The position numbers and the translations under genes were made by a program. A DNA stretch of 63,507 nt, the filler included, from Octopus bimaculoides (Eukaryota), in the NCBI RefSeq assembly GCF_001194135.2. It is 7 parts of 6 records of this genome, joined end to end, with 100 filler letters (N's around TTAATTAATTAA, not from the genome) between each part and the next. Parts side by side here need not be neighbours in the genome. Positions count along the whole stretch, not along the records: positions 1 to 15,047 come from NC_068983.1; positions 15,148 to 25,720 come from NC_069001.1; 5 more parts are not named here. One strand, given 5' to 3'. This document shows positions 10,111 to 22,673 of the stretch, piece by piece. The notes beneath the pieces were generated by a model that worked only from the letters and a program-made list of their open reading frames with translations, did no database searches and was not told the DNA's origin. Positions within the stretch are counted from its first letter, which is position 1. Each line of letters begins with the position of its first letter.

Positions 10111-11110
10111 TATGAGAAAGAATTCTTGAATGAAAGAACTTGCAGAAGATGGCTTGCAAAATTCAGAAGTGGAGATTTCAGCCTTGAAGATGAAGATCGA
10201 ACAGGATGTCCAGTTGAGTTTGATGATAAGCACCTTGAAGCATTACTTGAAGAAAATTCTGCATGATCAGTTGAAGAATTGGCAATAAGGCTTAGTTCAA
10301 ACCATACAACTGTTCATCGTCATCTTCAACAACTTGGAAAAGGTTCCTAAACTTGGAAAATGGGTGCCTCATGAATTGTCTGAAAGCAACCGCAAATCCC
10401 GAGTTGACATCTGCTCTTCTCTCCATTCTTGCAAACTCATTTCACCCTTTTTGGATAGACATGTGAATGGTGACGAAAAATGGATCTTCTATCAAAATGT
10501 TAAACATCGTAAATTGTGGCTTGGTAAAAGGGAAAAAACTCAACCACAACCGAGAGGGAACTTCATGGGAAAAAGTTTCTTCTCTCTATCTGGTGGGATT
10601 GCAAAGGAGTAATTCACTTTGAATTGTTACCACCTAATGCAACAATCAATGTTCAAGTCTACTGTCAGCAATTAGAGCGTTTCAACCAAGCTTTGAAGTA
10701 AAAAAGACCCGCTTTAGTGAATCGAAAAGGAGTGATGTTTCATCAGGACAATGTTCGACCCCACACTGCAAAGATCACATCACAGAAGATCGAAGAGATT
10801 GGTTGGGAAAAAAATCCTCATCTACCTTTTTCCCCCGACCTTGCTCCTTCAGACTACCATTTGTTTCATGGTTTAAAGAATCATTTGGGGAACGTAACTT
10901 TCACAAGCCAGGAGGAGGTTGAAATTGACATTTCAGAGTTCTTCGCTTTGAAACCAAAAGAGTTTTACATTGATGGATTAAAAAGCTTGTAAATAGATGG
11001 AAGGAAGTCATAGATAATAAGGGAAAGTACATTGATGATTAAATTTCAATTAAACAAAACATTTGATCAGTTGATTTCTTTATTCAAAATTCGGACGGAA
11101 CTTATGGGAT
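10111..11110 (+). mobile_element. mariner (DD34D) transposon relic; 5' end lies in the gap
   Basis: WVPHEL, GDEKW, and HQDNVRPH...FSPDLAPSD with 34 residues between the 2nd and 3rd D. 3' TIR remnant TCGGACGGAACTTATGGGAT. Frameshifted. Confidence 0.95.
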
Positions 11111-11140
11111 ATATATGCATATATACAATATATATATATA

Positions 11141-11223
11141 AGTCCTGGGGTCGTTTTACTCGACTAAAGGCGGTACTCCAGCATGGCCACAGTCAAATGA
11201 CTGAAACAAGTAAAGAGTAAGAG
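11141..11223 (+). mobile_element. SINE family B, 3' tip
   Basis: GTCCTGGGGTCG...CAGTCAAATGACTGAAACAAGTAAAGAG is shared with many copies in the window. Confidence 0.8.
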
Positions 11224-11276
11224 TATAATATATATATATGAATATATATATGCATATATATGTATATATATATTTG

Positions 11277-11310
<34 letters not shown>

Positions 11311-11389
11311 CGTATGTATATATGCATATATATAAATATATATATAGATATATGTGCATACATATATATGCATATATACATATATATAT

Positions 11390-11420
<31 letters not shown>

Positions 11421-11540
11421 NNNNNNNNNNNNNNNNNNNNNNNNNNNNNNNNNNNNNNNNNNNNNNNNNNNNNNNNNNNNNNNNNNNNNNNNGTATATAT
11501 GTATGTATATATGTATGTATATATGTATGTGTGTGTATAT

Positions 11541-11753
11541 ATGTTTGTGTGTCTGTGTTTGTTCCCCCAACATCGCTTGACAACCGATAGTGGTGTGTTT
11601 ATGTCCCCGTAACTTAGCGGTTCGGCAAAAGAGACCGATAGAATAAGTACTAGGCTTACAAAGAATAAGTCCTGGGCTCAATTTGCTCGACTAAAGGCAG
11701 CCCTCTAGCATGGTCACAGTCAAATGACTGAAACAAGTAAAAGAGTAAAAGAG
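11541..11753 (+). mobile_element. SINE family B, 3' half
   Basis: CATCGCTTGACAACC...GTAACTTAGCGGTTCGGCAAAAGAGACCGATAGAATAAGTAC...(TAAAAGAG)n tail. Confidence 0.85.
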
Positions 11754-11769
11754 TATATGTGAGCATAGA

Positions 11770-11970
11770 CATTCGAGCGAGTTCGTTGCCAGTACCACTG
11801 GACTGCCTCCTGCGCAGGTGGCACGTAAAATACACCATTTCAAGCATGGCCGTTGCCAGTACCTCGTGACTGGCGTTCGTGCCAGTGGCACATAAAATCA
11901 CCCACTACACTCTCGGAGTAGTTGGTGTTAGGAATGGCATCCAGCTGTAGAAACTCTGCCAAATCAGATT
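11770..11970 (+). mobile_element. RTE LINE 3' UTR fragment
   Basis: GCCAGT..ACTGGC repeats followed by GGCATCCAGCTGTAGAAACTCTGCC. Confidence 0.8.
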
Positions 11971-12070
11971 NNNNNNNNNNNNNNNNNNNNNNNNNNNNNN
12001 NNNNNNNNNNNNNNNNNNNNNNNNNNNNNNNNNNNNNNNNNNNNNNNNNNNNNNNNNNNNNNNNNNNNNN

Positions 12071-12111
<41 letters not shown>

Positions 12112-13618
12112 TGTTATACTGACTCTGATGTGAAAATCATGTGATTTGTGGAAACATGCATAGCGATGTATTAAATATTTATAATTCCATCCTGCAATTA
12201 CTGTTATTATTATCCTAGATTATATTGGTATAACCATGATGCAACCCCAAAAAGCTGACTGACTAGTCAGTATCATTAGACGGTAGCCAGTATAATGAAA
12301 TAGGAGCTTTATTTACATACCTCTAACGTTACCATAAATGAATTTAATATATATATATATATAGATATATATATATATATATCCACTTCTCTGGTGCCTA
12401 AGGACTGGGAACAAATAGTCTCAACTTTGAATTAGTAGGGATGCCATTCAATTTCACTGTGTTGTGTATATGTTTTGCTGCATTGCAATTCACACCAGTG
12501 TAAAGTCATGATCATCTATCTAGCTTTACACACATTGGTGCCTAAATGCATTGCCAAATTGGAGTGGAACTAACAACCACTCTGTTTACAGCTATGGCAA
12601 CATACACACAATGGTTGCAAAGTCTTAGAGTTTGCAAAGAAGCCATATGAAACATTTGGATGTGTTCCTCCCACTGATGTTGAAGCATGTCTGAATACTA
12701 CATTAATCTTGTTCTAATCAACCTTTTGATCTCTGAAAGTCTGCAAATGTTATATTTATGTATATGTGTATGCCTATAAATGCATGTGTGTGTGTGTGTG
12801 TGTTCACTAGGAGGATACCTGGCATTGCTAGCTAATTAGTTACATTTAACTGATTGCAATTCTGCATAAAATTATTTCAAACAGGTTGTTTATCTAACTT
12901 GTAATAGAGATTTTTTTTTTCTTTACCTCTTAAAATTTTACTTTCATTTCAATAGCTCACCATGAAAGGAACGGCAATATATCCACAATATATGGATGAA
13001 TTTTGCAATAAGCTTCCTATCCACTGCCTTTTTAATATCTAATTATTTAGAAAAGTTTTTCCAATTTCTGTTTTAAACATTATACTGAAAAGTCTGCAAA
13101 AAGGAAATTCATAGGTTCAATTTTAAAAAATTATTTCTCTTCTCTATACCTTAACCCTAAAACTTAATAGTAAATTCAAACTTTAAACCCTAACCCTGAA
13201 TTATAGCAATTCAGCAAAAATTTCAAACACATTGCTTCTTAAAATTTAATTTGTGTTTCAATAACTCGATACAAAATGAAATAACATGAAGGCATTCCAG
13301 CTGTATCCTGTCAACATATCATCATTGTCATTATCATCATCCTTTAATATCCACTGTTCATGCTGGCAAGCAGAGAGCTTGCACCTGTACATGTGTGTGT
13401 GTGTCTCTCTCTCTCTCTTCTGTTTTTAATCATTTAAATTTTTCCTCTGAAAAAGGAGCTGGTTTCTAGCAAAGATACAAAGCTCTATCTTTGGAATGTG
13501 GATAATGAAAACAATGTCACATTTTAAACTGAGAAAAGTCTTATATAGTTTTATTGTTCCACTTATAGATTGTATTTGTAATGTGCGAATCAGTTGGTTG
13601 ATTTTGCTTTATGAAAAT

Positions 13619-15043
13619 CCCCTGCTCGATCTGTAGAAAAGGAGTGGGAAGTAACTCTATTAGATGCACCCAGTGCAAGCTATGGACACATAAGAGGTGC
13701 AGCAATATCAAAGGAAGGTTAACTAGGAATTTAGTTTTTGTTTGCAGCAGATGTTCTGGAGCTATAAATACAGGAAATGTGCAGATAACAACTTCTACCA
13801 CATTCTAGGGAGAAAAACTAGAAGTGGTTGATAGCTTCCGCTGTCTTGGTGACCAAATAAGCAGTGGAGGTGGGTGCGCTGAAAGCGTAGCTGCTAGAAT
13901 TAGAATAGCCTGGGCAAAGTTCAGAGAGCTCTTACCTCTGCTGGCGACAAAGGGTCTCTCTCTCAGAGTAAAAGGCAGATTGTATGACGCATGTGTACGA
14001 GCAGCCATGCTTCATGGCAGTGAAACATGGNNNNNNNNNNNNNNNNNNNNNNNNNNNNNNNNNNNNNNNNNNNNNNNNNNNNNNNNNNNNNNNNNNNNNN
14101 NNNNNNNNNNNNNNNNNNNNNNNNNNNNNNNNNNNNNNNNNNNNNNNNNNNNNNNNNNNNNNNNNNNNNNNNNNNNNNNNNNNNNNNNNNNNNNNNNNNN
14201 NNNNNNNNNNNNNNNNNNNNNNNNNNNNNNNNNNNNNNNNNNNNNNNNNNNNNNNNNNNNNNNNNNNNNNNNNNNNNNNNNNNNNNNNNNNNNNNNNNNN
14301 NNNNNNNNNNNNNNNNNNNNNNNNNNNNNNNNNNNNNNNNNNNNNNNNNNNNNNNNNNNNNNNNNNNNNNNNNNNNNNNNNNNNNNNNNNNNNNNNNNNN
14401 NNNNNNNNNNNNNNNNNNNNNNNNNNNNNNNNNNNNNNNNNNNNNNNNNNNNNNNNNNNNNNNNNNNNNNNNNNNNNNNNNNNNNNNNNNNNNNNNNNNN
14501 NNNNNNNNNNNNNNNNNNNNNNNNNNNNNNNNNNNNNNNNNGCCCCCGGACTGGCTCATGTGCGGGCGACACATGATATCTTTTCGTGCGAGATCGTTGC
14601 CAGTGCCCATGGACTGGTTCTTGTGCGAGTGACACATGAGGTTTCTCGAGCGAGATCGTTGCCGGTGCCCCTGGACTGGCTCATGTGCGGGTGACACATG
14701 AAATTGTTTGAGAGGGATCTTGCCAGTGCCTCTGGACTGGCTCATGTGCGGGTGACACATGAAATGTTTTGAGCGGGATCATTGCCAGTGCCTCTGGACT
14801 GGCTCATGTGCGGGTGACACATGAAATCTTTCGAGCGGGATCGTTGCCAGTGCCCCTGGACTGGCTCTTGTGCGGGTGACACATGAGGCTTTTTCGAGCG
14901 GGATCGTTAGGAAGGGCATCCAGCTGTAGAAACTCTGCCAAATTAGATTGGAGCCTGGTGTTGCCATCCGGTTTCACCAGTCCTCAGTCAAATCGTCCAA
15001 CCCATGCTAGCATGGAAGGCGGACGTTAAACGATGATGATGAT
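13619..15043 (+). mobile_element. 5'-truncated RTE-clade LINE (RT C-terminus, 3' UTR, (GAT)n tail), spanning a gap
   Basis: PCSICRKGVGSNSIRCTQCKLWTHKRC, then VDSFRCLGDQIS..RIRIAWAKFRELLPLL..KGRLYDACVRAAMLHGSETW (RTE-type YLG...MLYGSETW region). Ends GGACGTTAAACGATGATGATGAT. Confidence 0.92.
14545..14905 (+). repeat. ~62-bp minisatellite (about 6 units) in the RTE 3' UTR
   Basis: Unit GGACTGGCTCATGTGCGGGTGACACATGAAAT...GAGCGGGATCGTTGCCAGTGCCyCT. Confidence 0.92.
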
Positions 15044-15147
15044 CCAGNNNNNNNNNNNNNNNNNNNNNNNNNNNNNNNNNNNNNNNNNNNNTTAATTAAT
15101 TAANNNNNNNNNNNNNNNNNNNNNNNNNNNNNNNNNNNNNNNNNNNN

Positions 15148-15216
<69 letters not shown>

Positions 15217-15221
15217 ATGTG

Positions 15222-15253
<32 letters not shown>

Positions 15254-15339
15254 CTCACAAACATGCACATACAAAAGCGCATATACAGATACTTTATATA
15301 TATATTCATATATGTGTGTATATGTGCATCCATCCATCC

Positions 15340-15387
<48 letters not shown>

Positions 15388-15566
15388 GTATAAATATAAA
15401 TAGATAATTAAGTATGTATAATGGTTTAGTATATACACATACATACATACATACATACATACATACATACATACATAGGAATACATGTATATATACATAT
15501 ATATATATAAATAGATATGTGCATATACATATATAGATACATATCTACATGTACCTACATTCATAC

Positions 15567-15639
<73 letters not shown>

Positions 15640-16001
15640 CACACGTGAATGCATTCAGTTGCATAGATTCGTACGCATTTATGTGGAATAGAAGATGATG
15701 CAAATCGTATTTCTCCTTCAGAGAAGTCACTGATGCACGATATATGGTTAAAGTATTAAGGATATCACACGCCATTCCATATCACGTCTCTTAAACCTAG
15801 TATATAACCAGCCCCTCCAGACATACACATTTATATATACATATACATACGTGTGTGTGTGTGTGTGTGTGTGTATGTATATATATGTTGATACAAATAT
15901 ATACACATACACGTATATAGACTGACATACCTAAATACATACATATATATACATAAACATGCACATCTATACATATACTAATCTGTACACTTACATACAC
16001 G

Positions 16002-16060
<59 letters not shown>

Positions 16061-17050
16061 NNNNNNNNNNNNNNNNNNNNNNNNNNNNNNNNNNNNNNNN
16101 NNNNNNNNNNNNNNNNNNNNNNNNNNNNNNNNNNNNNNNNNNNNNNNNNNNNNNNNNNNNNNNNNNNNNNNNNNNNNNNNNNNNNNNNNNNNNNNNNNNN
16201 NNNNNNNNNNNNNNNNNNNNNNNNNNNNNNNNNNNNNNNNNNNNNNNNNNNNNNNNNNNNNNNNNNNNNNNNNNNNNNNNNNNNNNNNNNNNNNNNNNNN
16301 NNNNNNNNNNNNNNNNNNNNNNNNNNNNNNNNNNNNNNNNNNNNNNNNNNNNNNNNNNNNNNNNNNNNNNNNNNNNNNNNNNNNNNNNNNNTCAAGCAAA
16401 CAAAAGCGAAGGCAGAGACAATAATATTTAATTATAAAAAAGGATTTCTTTTAACATAGGGGTCCACTAGAGCAAAATAAGAATCGAAGGGGTCAAAAAA
16501 TGATTGTGACCCTCTGGTTTAAACCTTCGTCAGCCGTTTTTCACCTGGTTTAACCAGTCTGTTAATGCTAATTGTCAGGACCTTCTTTACATCCTATTCC
16601 ACTTAAAATGTAAAACAGATTATAAACTAACTGAATCGTTTAACTGGTCAAAAGCTCGAAGCAAAAACCATTGCATAAAGGTTAAAAATTAAACAAATTC
16701 TATAACAACAGATTAAAAGTATGCGAATTGTATAAGTGATTAAAAACGATTCAAGTTGCGTACTTGTTTAAGAATTAACTAAATAATTTAATTGGTTCAA
16801 AGCTATTCAAATAATATAGGTGGTTAACGATGGTTAACAATTAATTAAATTGTATAACAATGAGATTTAAATTAACTGAAGTTGGTCGAAATGTGTACAA
16901 AATATATCTCCACCGAGAGGGATGTAGTTTGTGTATAACTGCATGTGAAATATTGGAATATACGGGGGTAATAGTGTGTATGTGTGTGTGTGTGTGTTTA
17001 TGTGTGTTTGTGTGTGTGTTTGTCTGTGATTTTGTGTGTGCGTATTTGTG

Positions 17051-17084
<34 letters not shown>

Positions 17085-17404
17085 AGGTTTGTGCCTGTGC
17101 CTCTGTGTGTGTGTGTGTGTATTGGAGTATATCCATATTAACGTATCTGTGTATGTGTATGAGTATGTGAGTGTGTGGTTTATACTTCAGTCATCCCTCA
17201 TTTCTCTTGTTTCCTCTCATCTTTCTTTTTACACGCGTATACAGGCAGTTATACACGATCACACGCACATGTATGTATGTATGTGTGTATACATGTATGT
17301 ATGTAAGTATACATGTATGTATGTATGTATACATGTATGTATGTATTTATGTATGCATGCTATACGTATGTATAGCTGGCAAGCTAGCTAGACAAACATT
17401 AGAC

Positions 17405-17432
17405 AGACAGATAAATAGATAGGTAGATAGAT

Positions 17433-17501
<69 letters not shown>

Positions 17502-17789
17502 CAGATAGAAAGCAGACAGACAGACAGATAGATGGATAAATAGATAGATAGATGGATAGATAGATGGATAGATAGATGCATCGATGGGTAGATGGATAAA
17601 TGGTTGAATATATATATNNNNNNNNNNNNNNNNNNNNNNNNNNNNNNNNNNNNNNNNNNNNNNNNNNNNNNNNNNNNNNNNNNNNNNNNNNNNNNNNNNN
17701 NNNNNNNNNNNNNNNNNNNNNNNNNNNNNNNNNNNNNNNNNNNNNNNNNNNNNNNNNNNNNNNNNNNNNNAATAGATAGGTAGATAGAT

Positions 17790-17857
<68 letters not shown>
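17405..17857. repeat. (GATA)n/(GACA)n microsatellite flanking a gap
   Basis: Direct tetranucleotide runs. Confidence 0.95.
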
Positions 17858-17858
<1 letters not shown>

Positions 17859-18372
17859 AAAGTATTTGATAATGGTCACGCGAAAAACATATTTTCCGTA
17901 ACGTAATTTTCCAGTCCATGGAGCTTACAATCAATTTATCTATTTATTCTCCTTCAATAAATTCTCTCGAAATATTATTAATATAACTCTATCCTCGTAT
18001 CTCTTTATTTCTTTCAAACATCACTCTTTTCATCTCCCACTCTTTATCTCTTGTCTCTCCTCTTTACTTCTCTCTCCGTCCCGACCATTTTTTTTTTGTT
18101 TTTTCTTTTTGTTCTTCTTCATTGCCTCTATAACATTACCGACATTGCTGGTCTTTCTGCCATACACATACACATATACAGGCACGAATGCACACATACT
18201 TATACGCCCGTACACGCACGTACGCACGCACACGACCACTCTCACATGTTTGCGCACGCATAGACACCCTCACAGACACACGCATTGACACACGCATAGA
18301 CGCATGTATACACATGTCCGTACATACACGAACACAAACAATCTCAGAGAAGCACTGACACGTAAACACACG

Positions 18373-18437
<65 letters not shown>

Positions 18438-18519
18438 TCATAAGCACACCCGTAGACGTATTCACTCAATCAAACACGAGCTCACACGCGTACGAACAGA
18501 AGCTGCAATATTCAGCTTT

Positions 18520-18830
18520 GAGTTAACATATATAATATACCTAACATATTGTAACAGTTGAATTAGTGTTAAGATACTTAACATCTAGTAACAGTTAAGT
18601 TAGTGTTAACATATTTAACATACCGTAATAGTTAAGCTAGAGTTAACATATTTAGCATCCAGTAGTAGTTAGGTTAACGTATTTAACATGCAGTGATTGT
18701 TGCATTTGTGCAAACATATTTTATATACACCAATGGTAATGTTAATGTTAGTATATTTAACATACAGCAAGAATACGTTAACGTATTTAAGTTACAATAC
18801 TAGTTAAGTGTATATTAACATATTTAATGC
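18520..18830. repeat. Degenerate ~37-bp minisatellite
   Basis: Recurrent GTTAACATATTTAACAT..GTAA.AGTTAAG.TAG units. Confidence 0.7.
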
Positions 18831-19748
18831 AGGTATGTGAAATAGCAGACTGGAAACAATTGAAGCGTGATAAGTAAAGCTTTTGTCATTTTGTGATATT
18901 ATTGTAACTATTTCAGCAAATATGGGAGACAATCCAGAACATGCTTTGGCTTTATTGTGACTTCTTTAGTGAAGCATAAACAATTTACAGGTCGAAATAC
19001 TTATAAAGCAAACATTAAGAAAAATTACAAGATTGTACACGGATTAGACTGTATTTCCAAGGCTGTGATACATCGAGCGCCTATAAAATTCCTGGACAGT
19101 AATGGAAGAAAAGACTGAACGCCATCCAACAACATGGAACATCGTTGACAAATTCATTCAATAATTGAATGCATCAGGAAATTGAACATATGTGTAACAG
19201 ACAACAAAGCTGCTAACATCATTTATTTAGTGGTCAGAGATATTTACTAATTGCCGCCATCAGAAGAAGTTTCTCCTCGAAAACTTCCAGACGCTCGAAA
19301 ATGCGAAGCTTCTTGACTGAAATTCACAGTCATTAGATCTAACACCAGTTGTTACTCCTTGATAGCCATATGCCAAGATTGGGTAGTTCGTTTCACACAC
19401 TAAAGATCTAGTTAGTTTTAATTTACATCTGTTGCATATTTGAGTCACATTTGAGTGCACTGCTGACAGTGCTTCATTCCATTTACATTACATCAGTAAT
19501 CACACATCTACCACATGTGCCTGTTACTCCGAGTAACAGGAGACAGAATCACTAATTGATTCTCAATATAAAGATGCACACATCAGCATGTTATTGAACC
19601 ATCTTCAGTTTATAAGCTTAAAGATCGCTCAGCTAGCCGGAACTTCGAAGTCACGGTCAACAACATTCTTGTATAAGAATACTAAATTTGTACTCTACAA
19701 GAGTATAGAGTAATCCGTCAGATTAACATAAAAAAAACCTTTATATAT

Positions 19749-19788
<40 letters not shown>

Positions 19789-20277
19789 GCTTACACATAT
19801 ATGTCTGTACGTGAATGTATATATATATATATATGATATATATACATACACATATATATATGCATAAAATACATATGAACATCTATTCAAAATATATATA
19901 TACATAAATATATACATGTATGTATATATATATATTATATTCATGCATATATACATATACGTCTATGTATATATCTATATGTATATTCATATACGTATGT
20001 ATATATGTGTGCGTATATATATGTGAGTGCGTGTATGCGTTTGCACGTATGCGCGTGCGTGCGTGCGTACGTGCGCATAAATGGCTACTGGAATATATAA
20101 CCGTTAAGCTAACAAATGAAGCTGCCAGCGGAACAATATTTGTCATTACTTTCCAATGAGCCATAGAAAAAACGGGTCTACAACATGGCGGTGTACAGTC
20201 ATGACATACGTATGTATATTTACGGGAACCCACGCACATCCAGAAACACAAGTGTATATATAAATATGTATGTGTGT

Positions 20278-20335
<58 letters not shown>

Positions 20336-20544
20336 GCATGGATGGATAGTTAAATGCTGTACAGACACGTGTAAACATACGTTGGAAAAATATAATTATG
20401 TCGACAAACGCTCCAACATATATTATGGATGAATAAATTCTGATATTTGTCTTGTTTTTCGACGCTGTTTCTGTCCTTATATTTGTGTATATATCTGTTT
20501 ATCTGTAAACCTATCTGTCTGTCTGGCTGTCCATTTCTATAATT

Positions 20545-20665
20545 ATCCGTTCATTTATGTATGCTTGTATGTATGTATGTATGTATGTATGTATGCATGT
20601 ATGCATGTATGTATGTATGTATGTATGTATGCATGTATGCGTGTATGTGTGTATGTATGTGTATG

Positions 20666-20759
<94 letters not shown>

Positions 20760-20760
20760 T
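20545..20760. repeat. (TATG)n + (TA)n compound microsatellite
   Basis: Direct runs. Confidence 0.95.
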
Positions 20761-21502
20761 ATATAGAAATTCATACATATAAGCATATAAACGCCTACAA
20801 ACATGTATATCTATACACACATACACACACACAGGTCTGTGTGTCTGTAAACATATGTACATATACATCAATACATGCACATTTATGCATATATACACAT
20901 GTGTATCTCTGTTCATGTGTGTGTGTATGTGTGTGAATGTTCCGTTGAGGATAACATGATTTCGCTTCATGGATCCCTAAAACTCCATGCTGTTCCATAC
21001 ACCTACGATATCATGGAAGTTTATTACATAATATAGAAGGTTATGACACAATGGTTTGTTTATTCGAAACAGCTGTAAATATAACACTGTCACGTCGTTC
21101 TTTTGCTTACCTGCTTTTTTAAACTTTTATCTGTGTATGCATTTATGCATGTATGTGTGCATATATGTTTGTATACACACACGTACATGCATCTCTATTT
21201 ATCTGTCTCTATCTCTGTCTATATATATGTACATACATACATACATACATACATACATACATGCATACATACATACATACATGCATACATACATACATAC
21301 ATACATACATAATACATACATACATACATACATACATAAATGCATACATACATGCATTGTTGCAGAGATATCACCGTTCTAATAGTATTTGAAATGTTAC
21401 ACAAGTTATAATATTTAATATATCTCAAGAAATCAAGATTGATGTCTCCCGAAAAGCAAATGTTTATTAAAGATTTTGAGGATTAATCAATTAATCATAG
21501 TT

Positions 21503-21790
21503 AGGCATGGCTGTGTGGTAAGAAACTTGCTTCCCAAACACACGGTTCCGGGTTCAGTCCGACTACACGGCACCTTGGGCAAGTGTCTTCTACTGTAGCC
21601 TCGGGCCGACCAAAGCCTCATGAGTGGATTTGGTAGACGGAAACTGAAAGAAGCCTGTCGTATATATATGTATATGTATATTTATGTGCGTATGCCTTTG
21701 TGTCTGTGTTTGTTCCCCACCACCCTCGCTTGACAATAAATATAGGTGAGTTTACGTCCCCGTAACTTAGCGGTTCAGCGCAAGAGACTG
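21503..21790 (+). mobile_element. SINE family B (tRNA-derived head, CORE-like block, internal microsatellite)
   Basis: A-box-like TGGCTGTGTGGTAAG, B-box-like GGTTCAGTCC, CACCTTGGGCAAGTGTC, then TA/TG repeats and part of the 3' half. Confidence 0.85.
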
Positions 21791-22159
21791 TAATAAGGAC
21801 AGCTGCAATAAGTGTATGAATCTGAGTGGACAATATGTTGAATAAAATCATAATTAACTGATCCTCATATATTTTCTTTTACCCAAAGCCAAGAACTCTT
21901 CAGACACCCACTCGTACACACACACACACACACATACGTGTATATTGATATATATACACACACATACACACACACACACACACATATGTATATATATTTA
22001 CATACAAACACACACCCAAATCAACATATATATATACATATGAACATATATATGAAAAAGATTAGAAAAAGATTAGATTAGAATATAGAAATCTTTACAA
22101 AAAGTTGTTTTAAAGATGTTTTTATCTCATGAATAATCCTTAATGTAAGACGTTTTTCA

Positions 22160-22161
<2 letters not shown>

Positions 22162-22248
<87 letters not shown>

Positions 22249-22250
22249 CA
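22162..22250. repeat. (CA)n microsatellite
   Basis: Long pure CA run. Confidence 0.97.
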
Positions 22251-22347
22251 CATACACACACAGGCACATATAGCACATATATACGTACACATATATACAG
22301 GGAGAAAGATAAAGTGAGTGAGAAAGAAGGAGAGAGAGAGAGAGAGT

Positions 22348-22405
<58 letters not shown>

Positions 22406-22673
22406 TAGAGAGAGAAAGAGAGAGTACTGAAAATATATTACAATATCAACACAATAATGATTATTAGATTAATTATATCGATATTGACATTAGAATTTTC
22501 TGTGAAAAGCAAGTAATGATAAAAGAATTTGATAATTAAGAGAACTAATTAGAAAGAAATAGGTGAAGAGAAATCATATTGATAATATAATGTAATATTT
22601 GGCAACAGAGTATAAATACACATAAATTAAATTATAAATTTCATGTTAGACATTATGGATTCATTGTCAAACC

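Noticed and set aside
13150-13200. CCCTAA telomere-like words
   Set aside because: Only 2-3 scattered units, not an interstitial telomeric array.
14545-14905. Regular repeat array considered as CRISPR
   Set aside because: Units are contiguous with no unique spacers, the context is eukaryotic, and it lies inside a LINE 3' UTR.
15092-15103. TTAATTAATTAA islands inside N runs (also 25765, 28565, 31165, 57398, 62406)
   Set aside because: An identical 12-mer flanked by Ns that gives stops in all six frames is an artificial scaffold linker, not biology. Adjacency across these points is uncertain.
16524-16833. Possible TTAA-flanked MITE with CC(T/A)TCGT ends
   Set aside because: The inverted match is only 7 bp with a mismatch, too short to support.
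18900-19450. CVTDNKAANI motif resembling hAT transposase VTDNAAN
   Set aside because: No other hAT motif could be placed convincingly, and there are stops in all frames. Needs a profile search.
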